Of a stretch of 64,000 bases of DNA, positions 30,170 to 43,310 are shown one piece after another. The position numbers were made by a program, and so were the translations under genes. The notes beneath the pieces were generated by a model. It saw nothing but the letters and a program-made list of their open reading frames with translations. It was not told where the DNA came from and did no database searches. Location: NCBI RefSeq assembly GCF_009914755.1, contig NC_060927.1; one strand, given 5' to 3'. How positions within the stretch are numbered: position 1 is the first letter of the stretch; each line of letters begins with the position of its first letter. This DNA comes from the human T2T-CHM13v2.0 reference genome, Homo sapiens.

Positions 30170-31350
30170 TCACTGACGTACCAAATACTTGCTGAGTGCC
30201 CACAGTGTGCCAAGCTGTGTTCTGGACAAAGCAGAGCAGAGGAGGGAGAATCAGGAGCACTGGTAGCGTGTGGGCTGGATATGTGAATATGTCCTTAAGA
30301 TAGTTATAGGAGACAAGGTCAATGAGGTAATGCTCCTGGGGTGGGGTGGAGTGGGAGAAGTAGGCACAGTGGACAGGGGTCTGTAGAATCTACGTGGAGA
30401 ACTAACAAGCTAGTGTGGATTTCTGAACACCATACCCAGAGATTCTGATTCATTAGCTCTGGTTTGGGGCCCTGGAATGTGCATTTCTAATAAGCACTGT
30501 GAATAGCATTGATGTAGGGACTTCTAGGCCATTGCAAATACTTTGTTTTTGTTTTTTTTTCTCAGAAATAAGTAGGGAACCATTACAGAGGTGGGGTTTT
30601 TCTTTTTGTTTGTTTTGGTTTAGTTTCTATAGAGAAATGACTTGATCTGACAATATCACAAGATCCCCCTATTCATTGTATTGAAAATACACCGTCAGAG
30701 TGCCAAGACAGAAGCAGGTAGAAGAGTCAGGAAGCTTTCCATCATCTAAGTTTGAAGAGATGGTGGCTTGGATCAGATGGTAACAGTGGAGCATGAAAAT
30801 CCATCATATTCTGATTATTTTCTGAAGATGGAAACAATATTTCTTGATGGGTTGGATCCAGGGTATGAAAGAAAGGAGTCAAAGATAACCATGATTTGTA
30901 GAATGAGCAACTAGGTTAAGCCAGAGGAAGACCATTTTTTGACCTACCCCCGCCCCCAACAAAAATGGCAATTTTCTATGTTTCAACCTAATAGAAAAAA
31001 ATGGAGTTGCCAACTGTGAAAATGCAGAAGACCGTGGGAGGAGCCAATTTGGAAGAGTGGATGAACATGCTGAGCTTGAGAGTCTGCAGTCCTCCAAACG
31101 GTGCCGTCTCGTAGGCCAGTGGAGATGAGTCTGGTTCTCAGAGACCTCTGTTCTGGGGTGCTTAAATCCATGTGACTGGGTTCGATCACCAGGGCTGGGA
31201 GTGTAGATAGATGAAATCAAGCTCGGATCCTTGAGGCACTCTGACATTTAGAGGGGAGAAGAGGAGAAAACTAGCTAAGGAGAGTGAGAAGAAATGAAGA
31301 ACGTGAGAGAAAAACCAGGCAAGTGTGGTAAATCGAAAGCCAAGTAAATA
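30170..31350 (-). mobile_element. L2 fragments interrupted by a MER5-like piece (~30410-30530)
   Basis: agatggtggcttggat, gaaaggagtcaaagataac, gacatttagagg. Confidence 0.55.
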
Positions 31351-31639
31351 ACATGTATTAAGAGCCTCCTTGCTGTTCTTTGAGCAACCAAGGCTTGTTC
31401 ACACCTGAGGGCTGTATGCTTGGCTGGAATGCCGTTCCTGCCAATCTGCCTGGCTCATCTCACCAACTTCAGGTCTGGGCGTCAATGTCATACTCTGTGA
31501 GGCCCTTACCTAAACACACTGTGTAAGATTTGCACAGTTGCCTGGCATCTAGTTGGTGCTCAAGCAATATTTGTTGATTGAATGGTGAACATATAACTTT
31601 TGATGAAGGCAGCAGTCCAGGTGAGAACATATGAAAGCC

Positions 31640-31800
31640 TTGCTGCTCGGGATGTAGTGTGTTCCCTGGACCGGCTGGGTCAGCATCCCCTGGCAACTTG
31701 TTAGAAATGCAGAAATCTTGGGCTCTAGCCCAGACTTGTGGCATCACACTCTGCATTTAACAAGATCCTCCAGTGATTTGTGTACACATTAACATTTGCT
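31640..31800. mobile_element. MER5A-like (hAT-Charlie)
   Basis: cagcatcccctggcaacttgttagaaatgcaga...ctgcatttaacaagatcc. Confidence 0.7.
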
Positions 31801-32679
31801 CCCAGTCCTGTATTTAATTTTCTATGAATGTCAAGAGGACAATTGAGTATACTCTCTCAGATGGGAACAACTCAAAGTAAGAAGTTAAAACAATCAAAAT
31901 CAAATATCTTCAGTGGTTGTTTCTGTATTCAATCAGAAAGCTATGATACAGTTTAAAAGCAAAAGAAAACTGTGTCGAGACTTTCAAGAATATTTTATGT
32001 GATTATCCCCCTATCTTTTTTACTTTTATTTTATGTGGTTATTCCACATATCTTTCTTACTTTTACTTTGAATTGACATAAGCTAGGAGCGCATGTAAAA
32101 TGCATGGCATCTGGTACATGGTAGACAAGTTTGAGAGAATGAGCACTAATTCCGTTCTTTATATTTTAAAACATCGTGCTATATAATGTAACATATCCAC
32201 TCATAATGTCTTATAAGACCCTCATTTAAGAGAAATGGTTTTCTCTTCTATTCGGCTGAGATAAAACCACATGTTCTTTTTATTATCATGGTCTTTGGCT
32301 TATTTTAGCCTGAGGGAGAAAAAAATAATGTATATATTAGGGATTTTCTTATGATAACACCTTTTTTCTGAGGCTACTAAATATTGTTTGTCCTAAAACC
32401 AAAGTATGCCCGTCTTGTGGTTTATAATAAGCATACTGTTTTATAGGTCATTAGCTAAGGATAAAAGACTTGCTGGGAATTTTTGATAGGGCTAGTCTAG
32501 TCTATTCTGTTTTAACATCAAATTTTCAGAAAAGTACATTTGTTATCCTTTTCTTTTATACATATTTACAGCTCAATTCTCTGAATTCAGAAGCCTACAA
32601 TGTAATAAGACAGGAAGTAGTATGAAAGTATACAGACCCATAAATATGTGATATAAATGTATATATATTTATTTGTGCA

Positions 32680-32726
32680 CACCTGGGATATGCACCTGGA
32701 ATATGCACCTGGAATACACCCCTGGA
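32680..32726. repeat. 13-bp tandem micro-repeat with three CACCTG cores
   Basis: cacctgggatatg cacctggaatatg cacctggaata cacccctgga. Confidence 0.85.
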
Positions 32727-33111
32727 TTTACACAGTTTTATCTTCCCTTCTTATTCAGTTAAAGTCCTAGATCAGAACTGACCCACAGAAGAGGGAGCTT
32801 CTCTAGTTCGCCTCTGCGGACAGAATAATGGAGACATGGCTATGGTTTCTAACCCTGGCAAGTTGTTTAGGTTTCCTCTTAGTTTCTGTTTTCTTTAGCT
32901 TTAAAAAGGGTGGGGGGTAATTAAGCATATCCTGTATTCTTACAAAGATGCTTGTCCAGTTAAGACAGTAGTTGGAAAAACAACTGTAAAATTACGTATA
33001 CATATACTATTTCTCTTTATTAAAATCACCCCATTCTTTCCTTCAAATCCTGCTAAAACTTCTGTTGAGTAGGAAAGTTCAATTCTAGTTTGGTGAAACT
33101 TTCCTAGAGAG

Positions 33112-33433
33112 CAGGGGTCAGCATTTTCTATAAAAAGCCACAATGTAGATAATTTTAGGCCTTGGGGGCCCTGCAGACTCTGTTGCTACTCTTCAAATCT
33201 GCTATTGCAGCAAGGGAGCCGCCCTGGACAACATGTCAACTAATGGGTGTGGCTGTGTTCTGATAAAACTTTATTTATCCACATTGAAATCTGAATTTTA
33301 TATAATTTTCATGTGTCATGAAATATTCTTCTTTTCATTTTTTTTCAACTATTTAAAAATGTAAAATCCATTCTTACTTTATAGACCATACAGGCAGCAG
33401 ACCGAGTTGGGCTGATGGGTGGACAGACTCCTG
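33112..33433. mobile_element. MER58B-like (hAT-Charlie)
   Basis: caggggtcagca start; gggtgtggctgtgttctgataaaactttattt; ends ctcctg. Confidence 0.7.
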
Positions 33434-34014
33434 TTGTAGAGAAAAAGCACTGGGTTTGTCAACCATAGCCATTTCGAACCTTTCTTTATTTAAGACTCTT
33501 TGGTTTGCTTTGTATTTGCATCTGATTTTGATTCTTCTCCCTTAGGCCAGGATTCATACCCTTGTTGTTTTTACTTTTTGTTAAGGACAGCTTTGTACAG
33601 ATTGTACAGTAAACAAGATTATATGTCCAAGGATATATGTTCTGGGCTTTTGTTTTCTTTTGTGGTAATGTAATTGTGGGACTGAAAAGAACCTCGACAC
33701 TTAATCAGATGTGACCTTTTGCAAGACTATCCTAGTTATTTAAGAAAGCTAGCTTTCTCTGTTTTACCGCTTTTTTCAGGAAATATGATTGCATAACTGA
33801 CATTCTCTATGGATTGCCATTTTTAAAACAGTATGAAAAGAATAGTGGTGTGGTGATAGATAACAATTGATTAAAGGGTAATCCCTTTAGTTTTCTTTAA
33901 ACTTGCTGAGCAAAAGAACAAATTATCTCTCTAAACATAAGTGATAAATCTGAACATTTTGTTGAATTATTAAAAATATATATATATAAAGCCATTTGAG
34001 TGTAGAAGCATGTC

Positions 34015-34170
34015 ATAGCTACTCAGGAGGCTGAAGTGGGAAGATCACTTGAGCCCAGGAGTTCAAGGCTGTAGTGTGCCATGATTGCACTTGTGAATAG
34101 CCACTGCACTCCAGCCTGGGCAACATAGCAAGACCCTTATCTCTAAAAATATAATAAATAAATAAATAAA
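34015..34170 (+). mobile_element. FAM (fossil Alu monomer), 5'-degraded
   Basis: Retains the 7SL-derived gtgaatagccactgcactccagcctgggcaacatagc segment that dimeric Alus lack; (AAAT)n tail. Confidence 0.75.
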
Positions 34171-35089
34171 CTAAAAGGATTAAGAAAATCTACACTCGCT
34201 TCTACTTGAATTCTGGTTTACAAATAGTAGAGAGAATAGAAGAATAGTGGATATCTAGATAGGGATATTTCTTCCCCAGTAAATTCTGTTGTCAGCCAAG
34301 ATGGTAGTATCTATAGCTACCATCTTAAACTGACATGTGATGTGCTCCAGGATCTCTTTAGAATGAAACTGATGGAAAATAACCTGTCAGTTTTACCCAG
34401 GAAGTGGTAAAGCTGAAGTGTGACAGTTAGGAGGTGATCCATTCCGATTCTCTTGCTATCCATTCAAGATCTGAATGAAGAAAGGAAACAGGTGAAATTA
34501 CAGGAGTGCTAACAATGAATAAAAGTTACAAAGCCTTTGGGTGTTTGCCCTTTAACTCAGATAGCTAGCATAATTTATATGAAATATAAGTTATATCAAT
34601 AAATAATATTTTATGATAAAGTATTCTAGCTTTATTTTGCTGTCTATACTTCAGGTGTTCAGCAGTACTCAACTTTTGCTATCTGAATTTCTTAGTGTGG
34701 TTAGTCATCTGGAAAGTCAAAAACATGCAAACATTATCAGGAAATCATAAAGATGTTTCTGTCCTCTTTAATGCTACATATATGTTCTCATTTGCATACT
34801 TCTTTGGCTATTTAAAAATTAATGAAAGCAAAGTTATTGACTAAAAAGCTATGAATTAGGGTGGCTGAAGACAGAAAATTATATTTATATGGCTTTTTAA
34901 GTTGTCAAAGGGCTATAGAGCCTCATAATAATGCTATGAGGGAGTTTGGACAGGGTTAGTATCTTTCTCCAGCATCTTCTCAGGGAGGGAAGTAAACATA
35001 GAGAGGCTATGTCACACACCACCTGTCCACAGTGGGGAGTGACATTGCTGGTGCAGTGATGATGCTAGAATGCCAACCACATTCTAGAT

Positions 35090-35431
35090 CAGGGGTTCTC
35101 AAAGTGTGATCAGAGGGCCCTGGTTGTATCTAAGACCCTTGCAGGAGTTCTGCCAGATCTGGACTATTTCAGAATAACACTAAGATATTGTTTTCCTTTT
35201 TCACTCTCATTTCACCAGTAAACAATAGAGTTTTCCGAAGGCTACATGTCGTGTTGAGATGTCATTGTTCTGACATCCTGTGAGATATCTACTAATGTAT
35301 AATCGTGTGTTTTCAAAAATTCTCAATTTTAATTTCTAATATGCTAAATATTGATAGATATAATCCATGTAAACACAATAAATTTAAAGAGTGTAAAAGG
35401 ATCCTAAGACAAAAATGTTTGAGAATTGCTG
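35090..35431. mobile_element. Non-autonomous hAT-Charlie element
   Basis: Terminal inverted repeats caggggttctcaaa ... tttgagaattgctg. Confidence 0.65.
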
Positions 35432-37271
35432 TTTTAGATATTGTGCTAAGGCCGTTAGAAACATGATCTCATTTAATGCAGAAAACACACATATGAGGCA
35501 AGCTCTACTGTCATTCCCATTCAATATGCTAGGAGATGAGGGCCTGGAGAAGTTAATGAATTGCAGAAGGTACACGGGTTGTTAAGTTGCAAAGATAGAA
35601 TCTGAACCCAGGTTTCAAGTTAAGAACTCCACTGTCTGTGTTGTCAGGCACATTGTCTTTCAAAGAAGCACCAGGAAATGCCTGGATTTGGACTAATTTC
35701 TCAGAAGAGAAACTTCTTCCCATAACCTAGGCTATCTCCAAGGGAATGTAAATATGAAGATTATCCTTATAGACAGTGTAAAATAGAGATTATTTTCTAG
35801 TAGTTTGTGGGCCGAGGCTTGTACTCTGTGAAACACAAAACAGTTGAGCATCGGATCTTTAAACCTGGAGGATTTTACTTAAAAAAGAAGTTTGGATTGC
35901 CAGCTACCCTTGAAAAATTTGGAGATTTTGAGCTAGGCTGGACTCATATTCCCACATGGCCACAATCAGCTGCAGTTTTTATCTGCTGTTCCTGCTAGAT
36001 AGATGTGTGTCCTCTGGTTTGCCACAGACCTCACTACTCCTTATTACCTTCCTCGTAGCTCATGTTCCTCATTTATGTTGCCTGTTTGAGGTATTTGGGT
36101 TAGAAACAGCTGGAGATGTTCTGTCTACTGCATAGTGTTTATAGGCCATCTGCTTTCAACTTACGTGAAAAATAAAAAGTTATTAACAGTAAAAGAGCCA
36201 AATATATCCCATTCTGCTTACCCAAACCTGGATGTAATAAAGACCTCACTGACAGTGCCACATAGAAAGCAAATTGCTTCTTTCTTTACTAAAGCATAAT
36301 ATTCTGATTCATTAAAGAATTAGGATCTGCCAGTGAATTAACATTTATTTTTAAACATGAATCTCTTTTCTTTTTAAGTGTAATAGTGAAATAAGCACAT
36401 TCTACTCATTGCCCTCATTTTATGTTTATTTTAGTAATGTCTACTGTCATCATTATCATGTCTGGACCCTTTATAAAAAAAAAATCTCTGTGAACCTCTG
36501 TGTACATATTAAATCAGTCATTTGAAACAATATGAGATTGTCAACCTAACGGACTGCATTATCCTGGGCATTTAGACAACATTATTGAACTTCAAATTTT
36601 TAGCTTAACATAACATTTGTCAGCAGTAGATATTAAGCATTTATCATAATTTATAAGTATATATTTGCTTGCCTCTTTTCTTTTTTTGCCTCACCCCAGA
36701 ATATAAGTTTCATAAAGCTGGAAACTATATCTGTTTGTTCACAATGTATATTCTATGCTTTGTACAGTGTTTAGCACTTAACAGTCAATAATGAATGAAT
36801 AAAGGAATAAATATGTAAATATATCAGTGTTGTATATGATAACTCATTCTTCTGTAATCTTAAGAATAATATGTAAAAATTCTCAGCAAAAATGCTCATG
36901 CTTTTTTCATTTGAGAATTAAATAGGGGAGATATTTATTTCTTATTATCCACATAAATATATATCCACTTCTGTGTGTGCTATGTTCTATTTAGGATAGT
37001 GCCCGGTCTTCCTGATGTGAGGTCAATAGGCAGGTTACACATCTATGTAGCTAAGAATAAGGTGCATATTAAGACCAGGATGCAAGAAGAGGCTGTTGAA
37101 CTTGAACATTCAGCACAGAGTCTCTTCTCTTCTATACTAAAAGATAGTCATCCTGCAGTCGGAAGTGGCAGTTATTCGGCCATTGGAAAAGTCTCATGTA
37201 ATAGTAGCTTTTAGATGATGTCTCCTCCAAAGGGGCATTCTGCTATTAACCTATTGCTGAAAGAGAAATAC

Positions 37272-37296
37272 CATTGTCTATTAATACTACTGGAAC
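37272..37296 (+). promoter_or_regulatory. Adjacent SOX10 and PAX3 sites
   Basis: CATTGTC followed after one base by ATTAATACTACTGGAAC. Confidence 0.82.
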
Positions 37297-37340
37297 TAAA
37301 GATGAATAGTGAATTGGCCTTGATCTGACAGTGAGTTTGA

Positions 37341-37347
37341 CTTTGAT
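37341..37347 (+). promoter_or_regulatory. LEF1/TCF (Wnt) site
   Basis: CTTTGAT, 52 bp upstream of the CRE. Confidence 0.85.
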
Positions 37348-37392
37348 AGCTCGTCACTTAAAAAGGTTCTTTTATATTTATGAAAAAAAGCA

Positions 37393-37400
37393 TGACGTCA
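37393..37400. promoter_or_regulatory. cAMP response element (CREB/ATF) of the MITF-M promoter
   Basis: Perfect palindrome TGACGTCA ~147 bp upstream of the inferred TSS. Confidence 0.93.
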
Positions 37401-37675
37401 AGCCAGGGGGAAAAATTGATATCAACATTTAAGACCAAACTCGTAGGGCTTCCAAAAAAAAGGCCCTTATGTGAACGTTTTTTTTTACATGCATAACTAA
37501 TTAGCTTAGGTTATTATAAGCAGGGCTTCTGTGATAAAGTTTCCGGTGGTGTCTCGGGATACCTTGTTTATAGTACCTTCTCTTTGCCAGTCCATCTTCA
37601 AATTGGAATTATAGAAAGTAGAGGGAGGGATAGTCTACCGTCTCTCACTGGATTGGTGCCACCTAAAACATTGTT

Positions 37676-37708
37676 ATGCTGGAAATGCTAGAATATAATC
37701 ACTATCAG
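37676..37708 (+). CDS. MITF: MITF exon 1M coding part (MLEMLEYNHYQ)
   Basis: ATG CTG GAA ATG CTA GAA TAT AAT CAC TAT CAG then donor GTGAGA; this is the known MITF-M N-terminus. Confidence 0.97.
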
Positions 37709-38316
37709 GTGAGATTTATTCTGACTCATATTCAGTCTTTGAAATATAATGCAATAAATTGATTTAATCCACTTTTTGTTATTGTAATAGACATACTGTT
37801 TTCAATAAGTATAAATCTGCTCTTTTAATGCTGTTTATTATTTGATGCCATAAGAAGTAATTCAATGTAGTTTTGAACAAAGTAAATATTAGTAGGATTC
37901 TTTTTTTTTTTTTTTTTTGGCCTAGTGTGTGGCTAAACTATCTTCATCAGCTCCTGTTCATTGCTCATAAGATTAAATTGTCTTTATCAAGAAAAAAGTG
38001 ACTTAAAATTGAATAATGTTGTTTTTTGGGGAAAAGTATTTCTCGTTCTGAATTAATGTCTGTAGGAAAGGAGAAAAAACATCCTGTTGGCTTGTTAATA
38101 GTCATGTCTTTTAAAACACATACGTGTAAGTGTTATGCATTTGAAAGAAACTACTTAATGTAGAATTGCTTTTTATGTTGAGTTTTTTCTTAATTACAAT
38201 GTTGAATAATCATGTCCAAATGAAAAGTGGGAGAATTAATCCACAACTAGTTGATTTAATCATTGGAAGATTTATATTTATTTTCTACAGCCATTTTACA
38301 CAGTTGGTTCTTAAGG

Positions 38317-38318
<2 letters not shown>

Positions 38319-38358
<40 letters not shown>
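38319..38358. repeat. (GT)20 microsatellite in the intron between exons 1M and 2
   Basis: Uninterrupted GT run. Confidence 0.97.
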
Positions 38359-38361
<3 letters not shown>

Positions 38362-38708
38362 AAAAAGAAAGCTGTTCTGTTCGCCAAGGAAAGTGAAACA
38401 AACAATTATGCCACTTCTACATTGTTGTTTGATCTTAATAAACCCTTTCATGTGTGTTGGGGAAATTTTTGCCCTAAGATAATTTCAAACTTTTAATTAT
38501 TAGATATGAGAAGAAGGATACAAGGTTTGAAAGAGACGTATAGTTAATTAGCAGGGAAATAAAATAGGGCAAAGTATTACACCAAATCCTACTAGTTAGA
38601 CTTTAAACTTCAGTAATATCAAAATCCGTTAGCACAGTGCCTGGTACATAACAAAGGCTTAATAATTTATTCTGTTGGTGGCCTGGTCAGTTTCATGTTT
38701 GTGCCTGA

Positions 38709-39044
<336 letters not shown>

Positions 39045-39304
39045 TAACTTGTCTGTTGAATATGATTCCCACACTTAACTGTGGACTCTAGTTTGTCCTT
39101 GTGGCCACATTTACCAGCCTTTGTCCCCGATTCACCATCGTGGCTGTGGCATTCCAGCCTGTTGTCTCCATCGCTGGGTTATTGGGTGTAGAGCACATGA
39201 CGGGAGACCTGGCCCTCTCCAAGTGAAATGTGGAGGCGAGGACACTTTTGCCACTTGCTTCTTCTTCCTTAGCTGAGTGCTCTCTTCTCTTCCATGCCTT
39301 TCAG

Positions 39305-39319
39305 TTTATGAAGCAGTGA
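39305..39319 (+). CDS. MITF: Alternative terminal exon coding part (FMKQ-stop), giving a 91-aa truncated MITF-M isoform
   Basis: Long pyrimidine tract tctcttctcttccatgcctttcag|TTT ATG AAG CAG TGA, in frame after exon 2. Downstream AATAAA at 39551-39556 and ATTAAA at 39994-39999. Confidence 0.7.
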   Translation, partial: FMKQ

Positions 39320-39891
39320 GAATGCAGAGAGAGGAGAAGGGGAGGTGGAAAAGGAAAAGCAAAAATAGAAGAGGTGTGGGACATGCTGTTTAGAAGTTCC
39401 GCTTGTTGTGAATGTCTGGAATATTATTTTTATTTCTCCCTGAGTTGGGGGAAGAAAGAATGGAATATGCATGGATGGATTTGAATCATATAGCACATGA
39501 GACTTTAATGGAAACGCAAAGGTTTAATTGCTGGATACATTCTGTTTCATAATAAAATTGCCACTGCCCGTTAAATCTGCTTTGGTGAAGGCTGGATTGG
39601 AAACAAGACTCAAACTACCTTCAAGCTAATTGGTGCATCAAAATTTGCAGCATACAAATACCTGAGAGCTGTGATTTAATGCTCATTATTTCCAAATTAT
39701 GAGATGATGAGCTTCATCTCAATGGGATTTACCGTACTATGGACTATGAAGTGTTTATGCAAATTCGGAGGCAACTTTTCTAGAGTTGGATTGATTTTAA
39801 TTTCTAGAGGGACTAAAATCTTTGCCCCTATGCCCAAACCAACTGCTTTATTTTTCTCTACCCAAATTTGTCATCTAGCAAGATGATTTGA

Positions 39892-40155
<264 letters not shown>

Positions 40156-42131
40156 TGAGGATGAACACTTTGTAATGAGAATCTATATTTGTGGTGGATC
40201 ACACCTTCCTGAAAACTTAAGCATTTTTTTCCCCCATTGTTTTTTTTTTTTTTATAGAGAAAGCTAGGAACATTGCCATTTTCCTCATAGTATCTCATGA
40301 TTAAATAATGACAAGGGAGAATAAACTAAAATGTGTTTTTCCCCTAAGTTGCTGCAAAGATTAAAAACTTCTTAAAGTACATAAATTTTAATAAGATATG
40401 AAATATGTACTTTAACATAATCCATATATGTTATACAAATTTGTAGGTTAGCAATTTTTGTATTAGTAAAACCAAGATGTGTGTGTATAATCTAGATATT
40501 GTTTCCTAAATGGAATCTCATGGAACATACATTTTGAAACTATATTAATTTAATAACATATAATGGATGCTTTCCCAAATAACTAAAGTTTCTTCTACTA
40601 CATCCTATTTAATGGATATATAAATTATGCTATATCTATTTATATATCTATGCATGTATATAGATATAGGAGAGAATGATAAGCAACAAAATTTGTTGCC
40701 TTTCTATGTTTCCTGTCATCAACTTGCATTATTTTTGTCATAAGAGAAAAAAATATTTTAAAAATGCTATTACATCAAGCCCACTAATTTTATTTTTCTA
40801 AGAACAAAATTAAAAGTGGCAAGGAAATGTTGTTCATAAGTTTCCTAGCCTATTTGCATATTTACCAACTCAATTAGAAAATCATCTCTTAAAGACAAAC
40901 AAAACAAATAAAAGTGGTGTCAATAGAAATGGAACCTAACAAACAGTGGATAGTAGTTATTCAAAACTGGCCAATTATTCTTTTTAGGGGTCATTAATAA
41001 GACTCCTTTTTTGAGTGTTTACTATGTTCCTGGTACTTTGAATGCTCTGTACAGTTTGTCCTGAAATCATACAAGAATCCATAAGACAGTAAATATTATG
41101 AACCCCCATTTTATAGATTGACAAACTGAGGCTTTAAAAGATTGGAGGCTTTGCCCTAATCTAGAAAGCAGGAGAACGGGGATTCCAACCCAAACCTATG
41201 AATTTTGGATTCTCTCCTCTTTAATGGAAGTGGCAAGAGACAGAAGAGCATCCCTGTTAGTTCTGTGATTTCATTGTGTAACTATGAAGTCCTGTTAAGA
41301 CCCAAGCACAGACACACCAACTAGCTCAAATACATAAGGTGTTTATGAAGAAATGTTTTCACAGGCTTGTCTTTGCAACTGCTGCAATGCACATGTAATC
41401 ACTGTTGTTTATTATCATAACTTATGTTTTGGTACTTTAGAAATAAAATTGATCTAGTGGGAATGTCAGCTCCACGACTGTAATGATAACCTCATCCTGG
41501 TGTACTCCCTGGGGAGTACCAAGCACACTGGTAGCTGTACAAGGAGAAACTTATTTTACAAGTCACTGTAAGATGGGTGCAGGGATAGCCAGTGGCCTGG
41601 GAGCCACAGTGTCCACACTTCCCTGTGGAACACTACAGACGGTGTTTTCCTTCTGCAAGAAAAGGGTAGGGGCCATCGTCTTTAGGGAAAAAAGGAAGTA
41701 GAATGACAGCTGTCATTCAAGATGAAGTGCTGTGGTACATCTCTCCTGTTTAGGGCAGGCAGTTTAGCATAGTTGTGAAAGCATGGGTTAAATTGTGGCT
41801 CCAGTCTTTCTTCAGTGTGTGACTTTGGGCAAGCTGCTTCTCATTTATTTCACCTGGAAAATTGCTATAATAATAGTACCTGCCATGATACGGTTTTCGT
41901 TAGGGCAAAATCTTAGCCTATGAAAATCCTCGAACCCAATGCTTGGCAACTCATAATCACTCATTAAATGCTGGCTACAAGTATTATCCTCATCACCTAT
42001 TCGTGTTAATGGTCTTCAATACTATTTTATACTTCAATACTATTTTAGTGGAAAGAGGACAGTTACTTCTTAGAATCTAACTAAAGACCATTATTGCTTT
42101 GGGTAAAAAAAGACCATGAGTCTCTTTTTAG

Positions 42132-42302
<171 letters not shown>

Positions 42303-43114
42303 TAAGTAGAAAATCTTGAGGTGTTTCCAGGGTTCTTTTCTTTTTTCTTAAACTTTTATTTTATCTTTGTAACTGGTTCACTGATTAAATGTATTAATAG
42401 TAAAATGGAGAATTATCTCAGGATCACAAATAAGTGACTTTAACATCAGAAATTAAGAAGTTTTTATGAGTTTATGAATAATCCCATGATAAAACTCTAC
42501 ATTCCCTGGAGTCCACGAGCAGTTTTGATAGGGCATTAGCCCTTCCAATTCCCTTGACATCTAATGCCCAACCCAGTACACTGCAGCCAAGGGAACCATT
42601 GTGAACTGCACTATTCACAGTGGTGCTCTAGTTGGCCTGAAAAAGTTGGTTCAGTTTTTCAAGAAGGTTTTCTCATATTCTTAGGTGATAGAGGGACATT
42701 GGAGTTACCCTTCTCCAACAGCAAAATCTATTCCAACCTCAGTTCATAAACAAGTGGTCCTATTTGCTATTGTATGTTACTTGTTTTTCTCTGTAATTTA
42801 GAGCCTTGCCTATATTGTTTATTTTCCTTCATTCCTTACATTTTAGTCTTATGTTACTGTTTTACCAAAGTCTTATTGCACATCTTATTTAGTCCTTGCA
42901 GTTATTCTGTGAGTCAAGTTCGGATGGTATCATTGCCCTCAGTTTTAAACTGTAACTAGGTTAGACAGTCTTACGCAAGATTACATAGCTTGGGTGTATC
43001 AGAGCCAGGCCTGCTTGGTAGGTCTTTGAATGCCTTCTCCAATCCTTTTCTGTTTCCTCTGAGAGCAATGCTATGAGACTATCATATTCTTAATAACTAG
43101 TGTTTTAAAGACCA

Positions 43115-43310
43115 ATATTTATTGAGAGGAAAGGGAAAAGGGGAGTTGTTTAATGGGTATGGAGCTTCGGATTTGCAAGATGAAAAATTCTGGAGATCTG
43201 TTTGATAACAATGTGAACATACATAACACTACTGAACCATACACTTAAAATTGGTTAAGACGGCAAATTTTATCCTATGTGTTTTTTACCATAATGAAAT
43301 TTTTTAAAGG
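43115..43310 (+). mobile_element. L1MB 3' end
   Basis: gggagttgtttaatgggtat...acacttaaaattggttaaga. Confidence 0.75.

Larger units (their letters stand above)
37260..37540 (+). promoter_or_regulatory. MITF: MITF-M melanocyte-specific proximal promoter
   Basis: Contains CATTGTC (SOX10, 37272-37278), ATTAATACTACTGGAAC (PAX3, 37280-37296), CTTTGAT (LEF1/TCF, 37341-37347), TGACGTCA (CRE, 37393-37400), ATGCATAACTAAT (POU/BRN2-type, 37489-37501) and TATAAG (37515-37520). The spacing fits the known -268/-260/-199/-147 positions if the TSS is ~37540. Confidence 0.92.

Noticed and set aside
31991-32065. Diverged ~37-bp tandem duplication (also an 18-bp duplication at 42014-42047)
   Set aside because: Ordinary slippage duplications with no sign of function
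32680-32726. CRISPR-like array
   Set aside because: The units are adjacent 13-mers with no spacers, in mammalian DNA
34015-34170. 7SL RNA gene
   Set aside because: Lacks the S domain and has an A-rich tail; it is a FAM retrocopy
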